Positions 38,627 to 48,562 of a stretch of 64,000 nt of DNA are shown here, one piece after another. The stretch covers positions 122,632-186,631 of IMG/VR virus record IMGVR_UViG_3300044729_001198, one strand, 5' to 3'. A model generated the notes under the pieces. The model did not search any database and was not told the DNA's origin. It was given only the letters and a program-made list of their open reading frames with translations. Position 1 is the first letter of the stretch; each line of letters begins with the position of its first letter. Origin of the DNA: a virus. The position numbers and the translations under genes were made by a program.

Positions 38627-38808
38627 TCCGTTTTATTAAAATATTGTTCACGTTCTTTATATGAGTAATAATAATGTAACAATCGATTGTAAGTCCAATG
38701 TTTTTCAATGTGTTTGTTTGTGGCTGTATTATTAAAACCACCTTTTACACCAAACTCATTAAACAAAGCGTTGATGATATCTTCTCTACTTTCAAATCTA
38801 ATTCTCAT
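38620..38808 (-). CDS. Small hypothetical protein
   Basis: Intact ORF in the gene train. Confidence 0.5.
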   Translation of the reverse strand: MRIRFESREDIINALFNEFGVKGGFNNTATNKHIEKHWTYNRLLHYYYSYKEREQYFNKTEC

Positions 38809-38813
38809 ATCTT

Positions 38814-39092
38814 TTATTTTTGTTTTCTTTGACCTAATCTGCGTGTACCATATTCGACAGTGACAGCCGTGAATGAAACCTCATTTTCAAAGTTATACTT
38901 ATCAAAATGAATAAAGCCTTCTCGTGTCATTCTTTCAACAGTGTTTCCGGATTGGATACGCTCGAACGTAGCCTCATCAACTATCATTGTATCTCCTGCA
39001 TGGTACTTCACTGCTTGTCTATTATATCCGGCAGATTCAAGGATTTCTTTCTTAACTACTAATTTAAATTCTTTGTGTGTCATATCTCTCAT
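38814..39092 (-). CDS. Small early protein
   Basis: Host-type promoter directly upstream. Confidence 0.6.
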   Translation of the reverse strand: MRDMTHKEFKLVVKKEILESAGYNRQAVKYHAGDTMIVDEATFERIQSGNTVERMTREGFIHFDKYNFENEVSFTAVTVEYGTRRLGQRKQK

Positions 39093-39103
39093 TGATTACA
39101 GAG

Positions 39104-39135
39104 TAAAGATAATGTAATAAATTGAGATTTCCAAA
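39104..39135 (-). promoter_or_regulatory. Early promoter
   Basis: TTTG-N20-TATCTTTA. Confidence 0.6.
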
Positions 39136-39155
39136 TAATATTTGTTAACAAATTG

Positions 39156-39725
39156 TTAAGATTTTAACCATTCGGTTAAGTTTTTGACATACTCTGATAT
39201 CTTGGGCATTGTGTTTTCAGTCTCAAACAAGATTCTACGATTTGTATCAATTACACCACGTTCGATGTTGGTGTCATTTAATGGTCCTGTGATTTTCCAA
39301 GCAAGTTTTACTTTTATAAAATGCTCTTTATCAGCCTTACCATAGTTTTCAAGATTAACTTCGCTTATGTAATCTGAAGTACGTCTTTTTACAAAATATC
39401 TATAGAAATATCCACGGTCATAGTCCAGTTGAGTTGGTGTTTGTTTACTGTAGTTAGCAAATGTAAACTTTTTTGGAGTTTGAGCAACAAGGCCATCATA
39501 TTCAAACTTTTTCTTGTTAGCTTCTTCAGACATATTCACATATGGTATCAGTTTTTTCGAACGACCTCTAACATACGAGGATTCCGTAAATACTTCGTTT
39601 GTGGTGTATGTATGATACGCGCCTTTGAATTCAGTACCATCTTCCAACATCCACTCTTTTCCAGCGGTAAATCTCCCACCGAGAATTTGACCTTGAGGAT
39701 AATATATTTTCTTTCTACCTGCCAT
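39156..39725 (-). CDS. Hypothetical baseplate-region protein
   Basis: Last gene of the tail operon; stop/start overlap with the upstream gene. Confidence 0.5.
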   Translation of the reverse strand: MAGRKKIYYPQGQILGGRFTAGKEWMLEDGTEFKGAYHTYTTNEVFTESSYVRGRSKKLIPYVNMSEEANKKKFEYDGLVAQTPKKFTFANYSKQTPTQLDYDRGYFYRYFVKRRTSDYISEVNLENYGKADKEHFIKVKLAWKITGPLNDTNIERGVIDTNRRILFETENTMPKISEYVKNLTEWLKS

Positions 39726-41428
39726 TATACATTAACCATCATATATCCAACAACTGTAGTTTCCCACATACCATCTTCTTTTACTGAATGTTCAATTTCA
39801 CCGACTACAAAATATGTACTACCACCATTGTAAGCAGCAGGTAATGGTGTAACTTGAAACTTTTGGTAAAACGCTACTCCCGGCAAACCATCAAATGTCA
39901 AGCTCAAATCAATGTTGTATCGTAAAGATACATTTTTTACACCAGTCTCTTTACTTAATACATATTTTCTTAACGTGGTTTTAAAATCCGAAGCACCTTC
40001 AGCTTTCCAAGAACCTTCACCGATTTCCTTTATTTTACTTTCAACAGATGAGGCTGGGCTTGGTCCTTTTCTTTTAGATTGTGGTTTGGCTTTACATCCT
40101 TTAAAAATATTATCAGCGGCGCCTTCTGGAAAAGTACCACCACCACCTGCGAAAGCAATAGCAGCCATTTCAGGATCCATATTACTTGACATATTAATAC
40201 CTTTAATTGGGGAATCAATTCCAAGCAAATTTATAGTAGTACCACCCGAGCTCTTTTTTACGTCATTTAATTTATTTACAATATTATATTTTTTAGGATT
40301 ACTTGGCGTTGGGATTATAGCACACGAAGCAGCACCACCAGTACATTGGTCTATTTCAGCTAATACTCTTTGTAAAAATGAATTTGCTGTATAACTTGCT
40401 TCTCGGGTCTCTTTAGATTTAGTTAACAACTCCTTTTCAAGGTCTAATAATTTACCAGTAGAAATATAGATGTCATTTACATCACCAAATGTACCTTCAA
40501 ATCCACTAAAATCATTTTCACTACCATAATTACCACCCTCGCCCGGTAACATCACAGCCATCATATCAGCAGATTTTAATAAGGATAGAGTTTGATACTT
40601 AGCAGTACACACAAAATCAAAACCGTTACCCATCACCTCATTGTTTAAAAAGTCTATAATTTTTCTAACCTGAACATAACTAACGTAAACCTCATCAGCC
40701 GAACCGAATGATATTATAGAGTCAATAAACCCAGCCTCTTTTTGTAAAGTAGCTATACCAAATCCATTAATAGATTTACCAGTACCCTCTGATGGTAAAT
40801 TACCACCATCAATAGTACCATCATCCTCACGAGTCAAACCAAACGCCTCGTCACATTGGTCTTGTAATTGCTTTATTATAGAATATGATTCCGTAGAATT
40901 TTCCGCATCAGCACTGGCTACTCCAGTTTTAGCAGGGGTCATAGCGAAAGCACCAGCAGCCGATGACTGACCAAGCGCTTTACCCGTACATGAAAATGAA
41001 CCATCCGAATTATACGACCATCCGAAATCATAAATTCTGGCGTTAGATATTGAAATCTCACCACCAGTATTCCAACCAAATTTTACGTTGATTAAATTTC
41101 CAGGAATCATAAAAGCTTGTGACAATTGGTTTAAGTCATCAATCGTATAACAGGTATATGTAAATTCAATTTCCCATAAAGCAACATCGGTTATATCACC
41201 ACCACCTTGGTTTTTAGTAGTTACCGAATTTAAATATGGCTTTGGTCTACCATAAACAGAACCATAACCCGATCCAGGGTTCATTAATAAAGCAGGACCA
41301 CCACCACATGAAAATTGGTCGTTTTCACCACTAAATTGAACGGTAGCATATGCTCTACGTTTATATCGTTTAGCATCTCCCGTTGGGGCTGTTGGTGTTG
41401 GTAAACTTCCTGCGTCAAATATAGACAT
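39725..41428 (-). CDS. Putative baseplate hub protein
   Basis: Position after the LysM-like gene; C-terminal L.L..DG..G...YQ.F.V..LP..Y....YFVV.EIEH.V....WET pattern. Confidence 0.5.
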   Translation of the reverse strand: MSIFDAGSLPTPTAPTGDAKRYKRRAYATVQFSGENDQFSCGGGPALLMNPGSGYGSVYGRPKPYLNSVTTKNQGGGDITDVALWEIEFTYTCYTIDDLNQLSQAFMIPGNLINVKFGWNTGGEISISNARIYDFGWSYNSDGSFSCTGKALGQSSAAGAFAMTPAKTGVASADAENSTESYSIIKQLQDQCDEAFGLTREDDGTIDGGNLPSEGTGKSINGFGIATLQKEAGFIDSIISFGSADEVYVSYVQVRKIIDFLNNEVMGNGFDFVCTAKYQTLSLLKSADMMAVMLPGEGGNYGSENDFSGFEGTFGDVNDIYISTGKLLDLEKELLTKSKETREASYTANSFLQRVLAEIDQCTGGAASCAIIPTPSNPKKYNIVNKLNDVKKSSGGTTINLLGIDSPIKGINMSSNMDPEMAAIAFAGGGGTFPEGAADNIFKGCKAKPQSKRKGPSPASSVESKIKEIGEGSWKAEGASDFKTTLRKYVLSKETGVKNVSLRYNIDLSLTFDGLPGVAFYQKFQVTPLPAAYNGGSTYFVVGEIEHSVKEDGMWETTVVGYMMVNV

Positions 41429-41439
41429 AACTAATCCAA

Positions 41440-41736
41440 TTATTGATTTAACGTGTTATATAGGTCAATTATTTCAAAATGATTTGCTGGAATTCTAATT
41501 TGTTTTCCGATTGGCACGACAAGATTACCATATCCAATATTATTAGCTCGTGCGATTATCCACCATAACGTAGAGTCCAGATAATATTTATTTGCTAATA
41601 AATCCAATCTATCACCAACCTGACCTGTTATATAAATATCATTTTCAGTTGGTTCAATTTCAGGATATAATACAGTTTTACGGAATCGCTTTCCGTTCTT
41701 GTCTTTTAAAATTTCTATGTCAGTATATCTTTGCAT
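41440..41736 (-). CDS. LysM-like baseplate wedge protein (gp53/tail X-like)
   Basis: GDRLDLLANKYY.D.TLWWIIA.ANN...G.QIRIP. Confidence 0.7.
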   Translation of the reverse strand: MQRYTDIEILKDKNGKRFRKTVLYPEIEPTENDIYITGQVGDRLDLLANKYYLDSTLWWIIARANNIGYGNLVVPIGKQIRIPANHFEIIDLYNTLNQ

Positions 41737-41747
41737 TTTTTACCTTA

Positions 41748-44132
41748 TTAATACATAGCTAATGTAGCACCAACTGAAACATCAATACCTATTGGTTTTT
41801 CATGAGCAATATCCCAGCTGATTTCATCAGGAACAGTATAAGTAAGCGATGTTATAAATCCATTTTTATCGATGATACTTCCAATTTTTATTTTGATAAG
41901 TTGTCCGGTGTAATATTGACCACCGATGTTTGGTAATGTATAATTTGATAAAGCTTGTAATTTTTCGTATACAGTTTTAAGTTCCGGTTCGGCCATAGCA
42001 TATACTTTAAAATTGAATGATACAGTGCGTTCAAACGACTCGTACATATAAACCGGATATGGATTTCCAGGATATTTAACATTATTCCAACTTGGTGACC
42101 AGTTATCAGTAATTCCATTTAAAGTGGCTCTAAATTGTGTACTACCGATTATAAATTTAATTAAATCGTTTTCTTCTGGAAAATTAAAAAATCCAGCCTT
42201 ACCATCCCAACCTACACGTTTTTTTAAGTTTCTATTTTTAAAATCCTCACTTGATGCTCTATTTTTTGTATTTGTATTTTTAGAGGCTAATCTGAAATCA
42301 TTAAATGCTGATATTGTATTACCATCAGCATCTTTACCACTAGCAAATTTTTTAATTGTACCATATGACAACATTTCATAGTCAGCAATATCAGGACTGC
42401 CGGCTATAAATCCATCGGACTTTAATAGATTTTTTTTACGTTCTAAACTCGATGGAGCTACACCCGGAGTTGGCTTACCATCATTTGCATCATCAATTGG
42501 AATGGGTGAGTTTTCTTCCGTTTGAGATATAAGTTTGCTCTCAAAATTATCAGAATACTTTGTAGGTGTGGATTCTACAATACGACTAGCAACTCCAAAT
42601 TGTTTCTTTTCAGCATCAGTTACAGGGATTGTAGTTTTATATGTGAGCCCATCAGCGTTAACAGGCGCATCAAGTGGATTAAATTTTTGTTTAAAACTTG
42701 ACATTGGTGATACACCACCACCTGCTATAAAATCACCATAAAGTTTACCAGCATTTTTAAATGTGTTTATGGTACGAGTTGTATTTGTAACACCAATACC
42801 ATAGAACGAATCAAAACCACCTCGTAAATCGGTTTTTAATAATGGACTACCCAATAATACTTTACGATAAACACCAACCAATTCAGGCCCATTTGTAAAT
42901 AAATTTGTGTATCTAAATGTATCATCGACCGGCAAAACTCCAGCTCGTGGGAACTTTAATCCCAAATGTTGAGTTCCTATATTTGCTAATAGATTTATGG
43001 GAGTCCAAGTTTTTCCGTATCTTTGACTTCGTTGCATACCAACTTGTTTCAACGACCAAATAATACCACGAGGTGTTAATAACATTTGTCCAATTCTCAC
43101 AACATCTATAGCAGCCCTTGTAACGGCTGTAACAGCACCACCTCTGATAAAAGACAATCCACCAATACCATAATTAAATGGTTCACCTTTTTTGGTTTGA
43201 ATGCCGGTAAGAATAAGTGGATGTTTAATAAACCAATTGTTATACGAATCTTCTTTGAGGTTATATTTGTTATACAATCCCTTTAGTTTAGAATCAGTAT
43301 ACGATTTACCCAATCCGTTATCGAGGTCTTTAGTAACACCATAATTAGTAGATTTAAATAACCCATACAATGAATTATTTTTGAATATAGTTTGTGATGG
43401 GTCTACACCTGTAAACTTTGATTTAGTGTCGACTTTTTGTGAGAATCCAATCGCCTTATCGTTTTTGAAAAAGTCAACTCCAATGTTTGTATTCCAAATC
43501 GTAGTCTCACCTTTAAACTTATCACCTTGAACAACTAAATTAGGTGTAGTTTCACCTTTAAATTGTTCGTCTTGATTTGTAGGAATTGGAGTTACTTCAC
43601 CTTTAAACTTGTCACCCTGTGATACACTATTTGTAGTGGTTTCGCCAAGAAATTGTTGTACAAATGTAAATGGCTTTGGAGAAACTTCACCAAGAAATTG
43701 TTTTACAAACTTAAAAATCTTTGGTTCGTTTTCGCCCTTGAATTTTTCAGTATTGTCATAAAGTTTAGGGTCAGACTGGCCTTTAAATTCTTCAGTATTA
43801 TCGTATATGGTTGGAGTAGTCTCACCTTTAAACTTTTCAGTATTATTATATAATGTGGGGTCAGTCTCACCTTTAAACTTTTCTGAATTGTTATATACAA
43901 TCGGAGTAGTTTCCCCTTTAAACTTTTCAGATTGGTCAACTGGCTTTGGAGTTACACCACCTATCAGTTCAGGTTGTACAGGTCGATTCGGAGAAGACAC
44001 ACCATTAGCAAGACTCTCTAATGGAGTCGTGTTTATTTTAGTATTCACATCAACCCTTGGTTTATCCACTAATGGTTTATCAATGGGTTTTCTGAATTTA
44101 GATAAGTCTGATTTTAAGTCTATCAATGCCAT
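41748..44132 (-). CDS. Baseplate/tail-tube initiator-like protein with N-terminal repeats
   Basis: C-terminal FRA.L.GI.D..SP.W....Y.G....Y.Y..FER.V.F.F; 15-aa repeats. Confidence 0.55.
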   Translation of the reverse strand: MALIDLKSDLSKFRKPIDKPLVDKPRVDVNTKINTTPLESLANGVSSPNRPVQPELIGGVTPKPVDQSEKFKGETTPIVYNNSEKFKGETDPTLYNNTEKFKGETTPTIYDNTEEFKGQSDPKLYDNTEKFKGENEPKIFKFVKQFLGEVSPKPFTFVQQFLGETTTNSVSQGDKFKGEVTPIPTNQDEQFKGETTPNLVVQGDKFKGETTIWNTNIGVDFFKNDKAIGFSQKVDTKSKFTGVDPSQTIFKNNSLYGLFKSTNYGVTKDLDNGLGKSYTDSKLKGLYNKYNLKEDSYNNWFIKHPLILTGIQTKKGEPFNYGIGGLSFIRGGAVTAVTRAAIDVVRIGQMLLTPRGIIWSLKQVGMQRSQRYGKTWTPINLLANIGTQHLGLKFPRAGVLPVDDTFRYTNLFTNGPELVGVYRKVLLGSPLLKTDLRGGFDSFYGIGVTNTTRTINTFKNAGKLYGDFIAGGGVSPMSSFKQKFNPLDAPVNADGLTYKTTIPVTDAEKKQFGVASRIVESTPTKYSDNFESKLISQTEENSPIPIDDANDGKPTPGVAPSSLERKKNLLKSDGFIAGSPDIADYEMLSYGTIKKFASGKDADGNTISAFNDFRLASKNTNTKNRASSEDFKNRNLKKRVGWDGKAGFFNFPEENDLIKFIIGSTQFRATLNGITDNWSPSWNNVKYPGNPYPVYMYESFERTVSFNFKVYAMAEPELKTVYEKLQALSNYTLPNIGGQYYTGQLIKIKIGSIIDKNGFITSLTYTVPDEISWDIAHEKPIGIDVSVGATLAMY
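43501..43928 (-). repeat. About ten tandem 45-nt (15-aa) repeats, consensus EKFKGET.P..Y.N.
   Basis: Read directly from the translation and the repeated ctcacctttaaactt on the plus strand. Confidence 0.9.
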
Positions 44133-44140
44133 TATTTACC

Positions 44141-46306
44141 TTACTTCATCTGGTCACGATAACCTTGCATTCTCGTGTTCTTCTTGTTCATTTCCGTAAC
44201 AACTTTGTCGTTGATGACTATCTGAATTGGCTGTCCTTGAATATCAGCTCTCAAACCTCTAATTTCTTCGAGTAACGGGTCGGAGTCTTTTTTACCACCA
44301 CCCGAAGATGACTCTTCCGATGAACCACCACCAAGACCAAGAGCACCCGTAATTAATGGTAGAGCCGCAGCCAATATAAGAAGTGTTGGTAAAAATAAAG
44401 TTACTGCCGCAAGTCCAATTGATAATCCTATTAAAGACAATCCTAATAATCCAAATATACCAGCCAAAGCAATAAGACCTGGAGCAATCATTACCAACGC
44501 TGTAAGTTGAGTTGTTAACTCACCCATCATTCCAAATCCAACAGCAATTTCTTGAATAGCTTTACCAAGTACAAATAGAGCGGCTGCGATTATCAACATA
44601 GCAGCAGCACCTGCTATAATAGCAACAGCACCCACACCACTCATCATTATAGCACCAACGAGAGCAAGAGCCCCAACAAGTGCTAACATTGATACTACAG
44701 CCATAGCGATAGCACCCCAATCAACCTTCATGAATTCTTGAACGGCTTTTGCAAATACAAATACGGATGCAGCCACCAATACAAGAGCAGCACCACCCGC
44801 AAGTAATTTTTTGGCATCAATCTTGGATATAGCATCAGTCATACCCTTCATCATACCACCACCCTTTTCACCACCACCCGGCACTTCCGGAGCAGCAGGT
44901 TTCTTACTTTTAAAGAGGCCTCCAAGTTTATCTGTACCTACTCCGAGATTTTTCATAAGACCCACCGATTGAGCCAAAATGGGTAATGCTGACATCATAG
45001 CACTACCAAATCCCATAGCACCTTCTTTTATTTTGTTATATGCTTTTGCACCAGTTTCACCAAATGTAGATACTTCTTCGTTATGTTGCTGTTGTTTAGT
45101 CAACATTTCAGTAATACCATCAGTAGTCATACCAAATGCATCAGCATACGCTTTTTGTTGCATTGGTCCGAGTTTTCCAAATTCTTCGGCAGAACCAACT
45201 TGTTTTGTTAGTTCTTCACTTAATTTGGAATAATCTCCGGTAGTTTGAGCTATCATAGCAGCTTCTCGGATTGCCTGTGAATTTATATCTTTACCTGTCA
45301 TTAAACGCGCCTTCATTTCAGCTCGTAACGAACCTTCAATATCTAGCACATTTTCAGATACCGATTTTAACATATCCATTGACTGACCATGTTTTTTCAA
45401 CTCTGCTGTTTTCTTAGCAAGCAGTTTAATTTCTTCCGAGGTTTTACCAACCATTAAACTTGCGTTTTGACCCATCTCTTTAAATACAACAGATGCATCT
45501 ACACCAGCATCTTGAGCTATAGTTTTAATGTCAGCCGTTAATTCGGCAGCATTACCACTTGCATCTTGTAAAATAGAGTTCATCTGAACAGCACCAGCAC
45601 CATCACCCATCATTGCAGTAAGTTCGGTTACGTTTTTCAACATATCAGATGTTATCCCATGGGTACTTCCATAATATTCGCCAGTAGCCCTTGCGGCTTC
45701 AGCTACTGCTTCAGCACCATACATAAGACCGGTCATTGAAAAACTAGCAGCCGTAACTTCCCCACCAACTCGTGCAGCTTCACCTGCAGTAGTACCCATA
45801 TGTGTGTACATTTCCTTAGCGAGACCGACCGTAGACTCAAATGCGGTTGTTATCATTTCCGCACCTTTTTTAGCTACCATCATACCAAGACCAAACTTTA
45901 TTCCGTTTTTAAACATTTCGGATGAAAGTCCAACCGATTCTAATAAACTATCTTTTGTACCATCTGCCAAATCTTTCAATTCTTCAGATTTGTCTTTTCT
46001 CTTTTTTTCTATTTTTAATAGTTTTTCAGTATTTTCGATACGTTCTAACAAACTTTTAGCAAGTTCTTGGTCAGTATCCCAATATTCTTCTATTATTTTT
46101 TGTTTTTCTTCAAGAATTCCGGTCAGTTTGTCTTCTAAAGTTTTTTGTTCACTTAAAGAGCTTGTCATTTCTTTAACAAGCCTACCCTCTTTTGTTCTTA
46201 AATCAAGATTTGCTTTTAAAATTGCAGAAAGATTCATCTGAACTTGTTGTTCAGCTTTCATCGCATTTACACGAGATTGTGTGTCTTTTCTTTCTTCAGA
46301 AGCCAC
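44141..46306 (-). CDS. Tape measure protein
   Basis: Coiled-coil, Ala/Gly-rich, hydrophobic segments; downstream of the tail chaperones. Confidence 0.8.
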   Translation of the reverse strand: MASEERKDTQSRVNAMKAEQQVQMNLSAILKANLDLRTKEGRLVKEMTSSLSEQKTLEDKLTGILEEKQKIIEEYWDTDQELAKSLLERIENTEKLLKIEKKRKDKSEELKDLADGTKDSLLESVGLSSEMFKNGIKFGLGMMVAKKGAEMITTAFESTVGLAKEMYTHMGTTAGEAARVGGEVTAASFSMTGLMYGAEAVAEAARATGEYYGSTHGITSDMLKNVTELTAMMGDGAGAVQMNSILQDASGNAAELTADIKTIAQDAGVDASVVFKEMGQNASLMVGKTSEEIKLLAKKTAELKKHGQSMDMLKSVSENVLDIEGSLRAEMKARLMTGKDINSQAIREAAMIAQTTGDYSKLSEELTKQVGSAEEFGKLGPMQQKAYADAFGMTTDGITEMLTKQQQHNEEVSTFGETGAKAYNKIKEGAMGFGSAMMSALPILAQSVGLMKNLGVGTDKLGGLFKSKKPAAPEVPGGGEKGGGMMKGMTDAISKIDAKKLLAGGAALVLVAASVFVFAKAVQEFMKVDWGAIAMAVVSMLALVGALALVGAIMMSGVGAVAIIAGAAAMLIIAAALFVLGKAIQEIAVGFGMMGELTTQLTALVMIAPGLIALAGIFGLLGLSLIGLSIGLAAVTLFLPTLLILAAALPLITGALGLGGGSSEESSSGGGKKDSDPLLEEIRGLRADIQGQPIQIVINDKVVTEMNKKNTRMQGYRDQMK

Positions 46307-46317
46307 TTATACCTCTT

Positions 46318-46536
46318 TTATTTAAACCAAGGGTCGTCTTTGGTAGAATTATAATCAACAGGATCTATGTTGTATTTTTTTAACAACTCTTTGTAACGAG
46401 GGTCGTTATTTAACTTTTCAAATTCTTTTTCTTTTTTCTTTTGCTTTATAGCATCTATAAATTTACCAATAAAACTTTCGCTAAGGCCTTTTGACTTTAG
46501 AAGCTCTGTAAGTTTTGATGTTTTGATAGTACCCAT
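46318..46536 (-). CDS. Hypothetical basic protein
   Basis: Late motif upstream. Confidence 0.55.
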   Translation of the reverse strand: MGTIKTSKLTELLKSKGLSESFIGKFIDAIKQKKKEKEFEKLNNDPRYKELLKKYNIDPVDYNSTKDDPWFK

Positions 46537-46569
46537 TGATTACCTCATGTTATATCCTATAAATATAGA

Positions 46570-46595
46570 AATACCCAACATTTCCGTTGGGTATT
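46570..46595 (-). terminator. Intrinsic terminator-like hairpin
   Basis: aatacccaac-6nt-gttgggtatt, a perfect 10-bp stem at the end of the gp51-like gene. Confidence 0.7.
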
Positions 46596-46875
46596 ACTTT
46601 CTTCTTGAAGCTGCTTTAATTTTTGCAGATTCTTTATCATGTAGTTTTTTCTCTTCTTGTTTGAACTCTATAATTTTTGTGATGTAAAACTTACGAGCCC
46701 ATACAGGCATATTGTAAACATCACCAAAATTAAACCCACCATTTCCATGGTAAATTAGTTCAAAAATGTGAGTATGTAAATGTTTTCTATAATCAAGATT
46801 TAGGCCAAAAAAAGGTAACATCCATAGGGAGTACCATTTCTCTCCTTCCCCCGGTCTCTTCAGATACAAATTCAT
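46594..46875 (-). CDS. gp51-like tail assembly chaperone C-terminal ORF (probably frameshift-fused)
   Basis: Y...LH..IF.L...G.GGF.F.DVYNMP.W.R.FY; overlaps the upstream gene at a U7 run. Confidence 0.6.
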   Translation of the reverse strand: MNLYLKRPGEGEKWYSLWMLPFFGLNLDYRKHLHTHIFELIYHGNGGFNFGDVYNMPVWARKFYITKIIEFKQEEKKLHDKESAKIKAASRRK

Positions 46876-47662
46876 ACATCAAATCGACATCAGGAACAAC
46901 TTCATTAATATACGCTCTGAAAGCCTTTGAGTCTACCGCAAATAATTCGTTGTCTACGAAATGATTAATAACCTTCTGTTCATTCTCACCATCAACCGAA
47001 AGAATCATATTTTTCAAACGAGTTGTTAACTCTCTCGAAGTATCGTCTTTTAACTTACGATTAGCACGGGCCAATTCTTCAATTTGGTGTTTAACTTTAC
47101 GTTCTTTTGATTCGGTCATAGCCATAAATGTAATTTTACGACCTGAACGTGGTAATGTGAATTCGAATTCATTCTTATGAAGTTCCACTTGAGATGAACC
47201 ATCATATTCTTTGTTTTCGAATTGTGTTAAATCGATTACGTCTTTTTGTTTCTTACCACTAAAGGGGTCTTCGATTTCAACTTCGTAATCTTTACCATAT
47301 CCCAAAACTCGAGCAGCAATCATGATTGCGTTTTTGTCACCAGTCACCAAATCTACATACTTGATTGGATGTCCTTCACCATTTGAGATAATCAATGATT
47401 GAAACAATCGGTCCAAAACTGAACCATCTTTAATGTATGATTGTGTAGTAAGAATATCCTCTTCTTTAGCGGTCATGTATTTCATTTCCACTTTACCACT
47501 TGATAATGGGTTTTCTTTAGGATATAAAAGCCCCTTTGATGGGAGCTCAATAATTTCGGTTGGGAATTTGTAATCACGAACTTGATTAGTTTCGTATTGC
47601 TGTTTCGCCTGATTAACCATGTCCTCATTGGACATTTTGTAGTCGTCTTGTAAATCTACCAT
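46793..47662 (-). CDS. gp26-like baseplate/tail assembly chaperone
   Basis: IELPSKG..Y, YMTAKEEDIL, L..GDK.AI...AR...YG, FFWP end. Confidence 0.7.
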   Translation of the reverse strand: MVDLQDDYKMSNEDMVNQAKQQYETNQVRDYKFPTEIIELPSKGLLYPKENPLSSGKVEMKYMTAKEEDILTTQSYIKDGSVLDRLFQSLIISNGEGHPIKYVDLVTGDKNAIMIAARVLGYGKDYEVEIEDPFSGKKQKDVIDLTQFENKEYDGSSQVELHKNEFEFTLPRSGRKITFMAMTESKERKVKHQIEELARANRKLKDDTSRELTTRLKNMILSVDGENEQKVINHFVDNELFAVDSKAFRAYINEVVPDVDLMYEFVSEETGGRREMVLPMDVTFFWPKS

Positions 47663-47681
47663 AACCTATTTCTTTTATTTT

Positions 47682-47930
47682 TTAAATTTGTTCGAATGAA
47701 TAAACACCATCCACATAAACTAACTTATATTCAACTTGCGGGTAGTCTAATGGAAGTTCTAATTCAACCGAAACATAATCGTAATCATTAGTATCCCATC
47801 CACCTGTGGGTAAATTCCATTCGGTTGTAGCTTCATCAATTGTAAATGCGGTATCACCTACAGATACAAACTGTCCGATACCATTAGCATAAACTACACC
47901 ATTGTCTGTTTTTCGTCTAACTATATTCAT
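47682..47930 (-). CDS. Small acidic late protein
   Basis: Own late motif at 47951. Confidence 0.55.
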   Translation of the reverse strand: MNIVRRKTDNGVVYANGIGQFVSVGDTAFTIDEATTEWNLPTGGWDTNDYDYVSVELELPLDYPQVEYKLVYVDGVYSFEQI

Positions 47931-47983
47931 ATGTTCTCCTTTTATTCCTATATAAATATGTAACTCAAAACTTTTTAAAACAA

Positions 47984-48009
47984 AAAACCCCTCGAATTAG
48001 AGGGGTTTT
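47984..48009 (-). terminator. Intrinsic terminator after the tail tube gene
   Basis: aaaacccctc-6nt-gaggggtttt stem, with a U-run on the minus strand. Confidence 0.8.
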
Positions 48010-48028
48010 CTCATTTTGCAGTCGTAAA

Positions 48029-48517
48029 TTAGTATTGTAAGATAGCGTAATCGTAAGTCAATGTTAATTCAACAGTTGCTAAATCTTCACCAGCGTAATC
48101 CATATCAGAGAATTTTGCACTCTGAATAAAAGCACCTTTCAATGTCCATTCTTCAACTTTATCACCAACAGGTCCTAATGAGTTAAATGTAATATCTTTT
48201 TTGTAGAAGTCAGCATAACCATCACGGCCGGTTACTGACTCGTGGTGTAAACGAACCCACTCCATTACAGCTTGAGCAGCAGATGGGACTACGGGGTCAT
48301 AAAGAGTAACTGACAAATCTTGCCATTCTGAACGACCTTTGATATATCTACGAGTGTTGATATGGTCAATTGTAATTTTACCATTCTGAATTTCAGGTCT
48401 AGCAGCGGTCTTCACCAAGTACGCAGGGATACCCTCGATGTACATAATGAACCTATTTGACATTTTAGGTTCAAAGTTGGTGAACATTATTTCATTTGGG
48501 TCTAACAAATTTGCCAT
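48029..48517 (-). CDS. gp19: Tail tube protein (gp19-like)
   Basis: EPK..NRF, G...W..L.VTLYD, EEW.L.GAF, L..DYA. Confidence 0.88.
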   Translation of the reverse strand: MANLLDPNEIMFTNFEPKMSNRFIMYIEGIPAYLVKTAARPEIQNGKITIDHINTRRYIKGRSEWQDLSVTLYDPVVPSAAQAVMEWVRLHHESVTGRDGYADFYKKDITFNSLGPVGDKVEEWTLKGAFIQSAKFSDMDYAGEDLATVELTLTYDYAILQY

Positions 48518-48562
48518 TTATATTTCTCCTAATTCTTTCTAATAAATAGTGTTATCTTAAAA

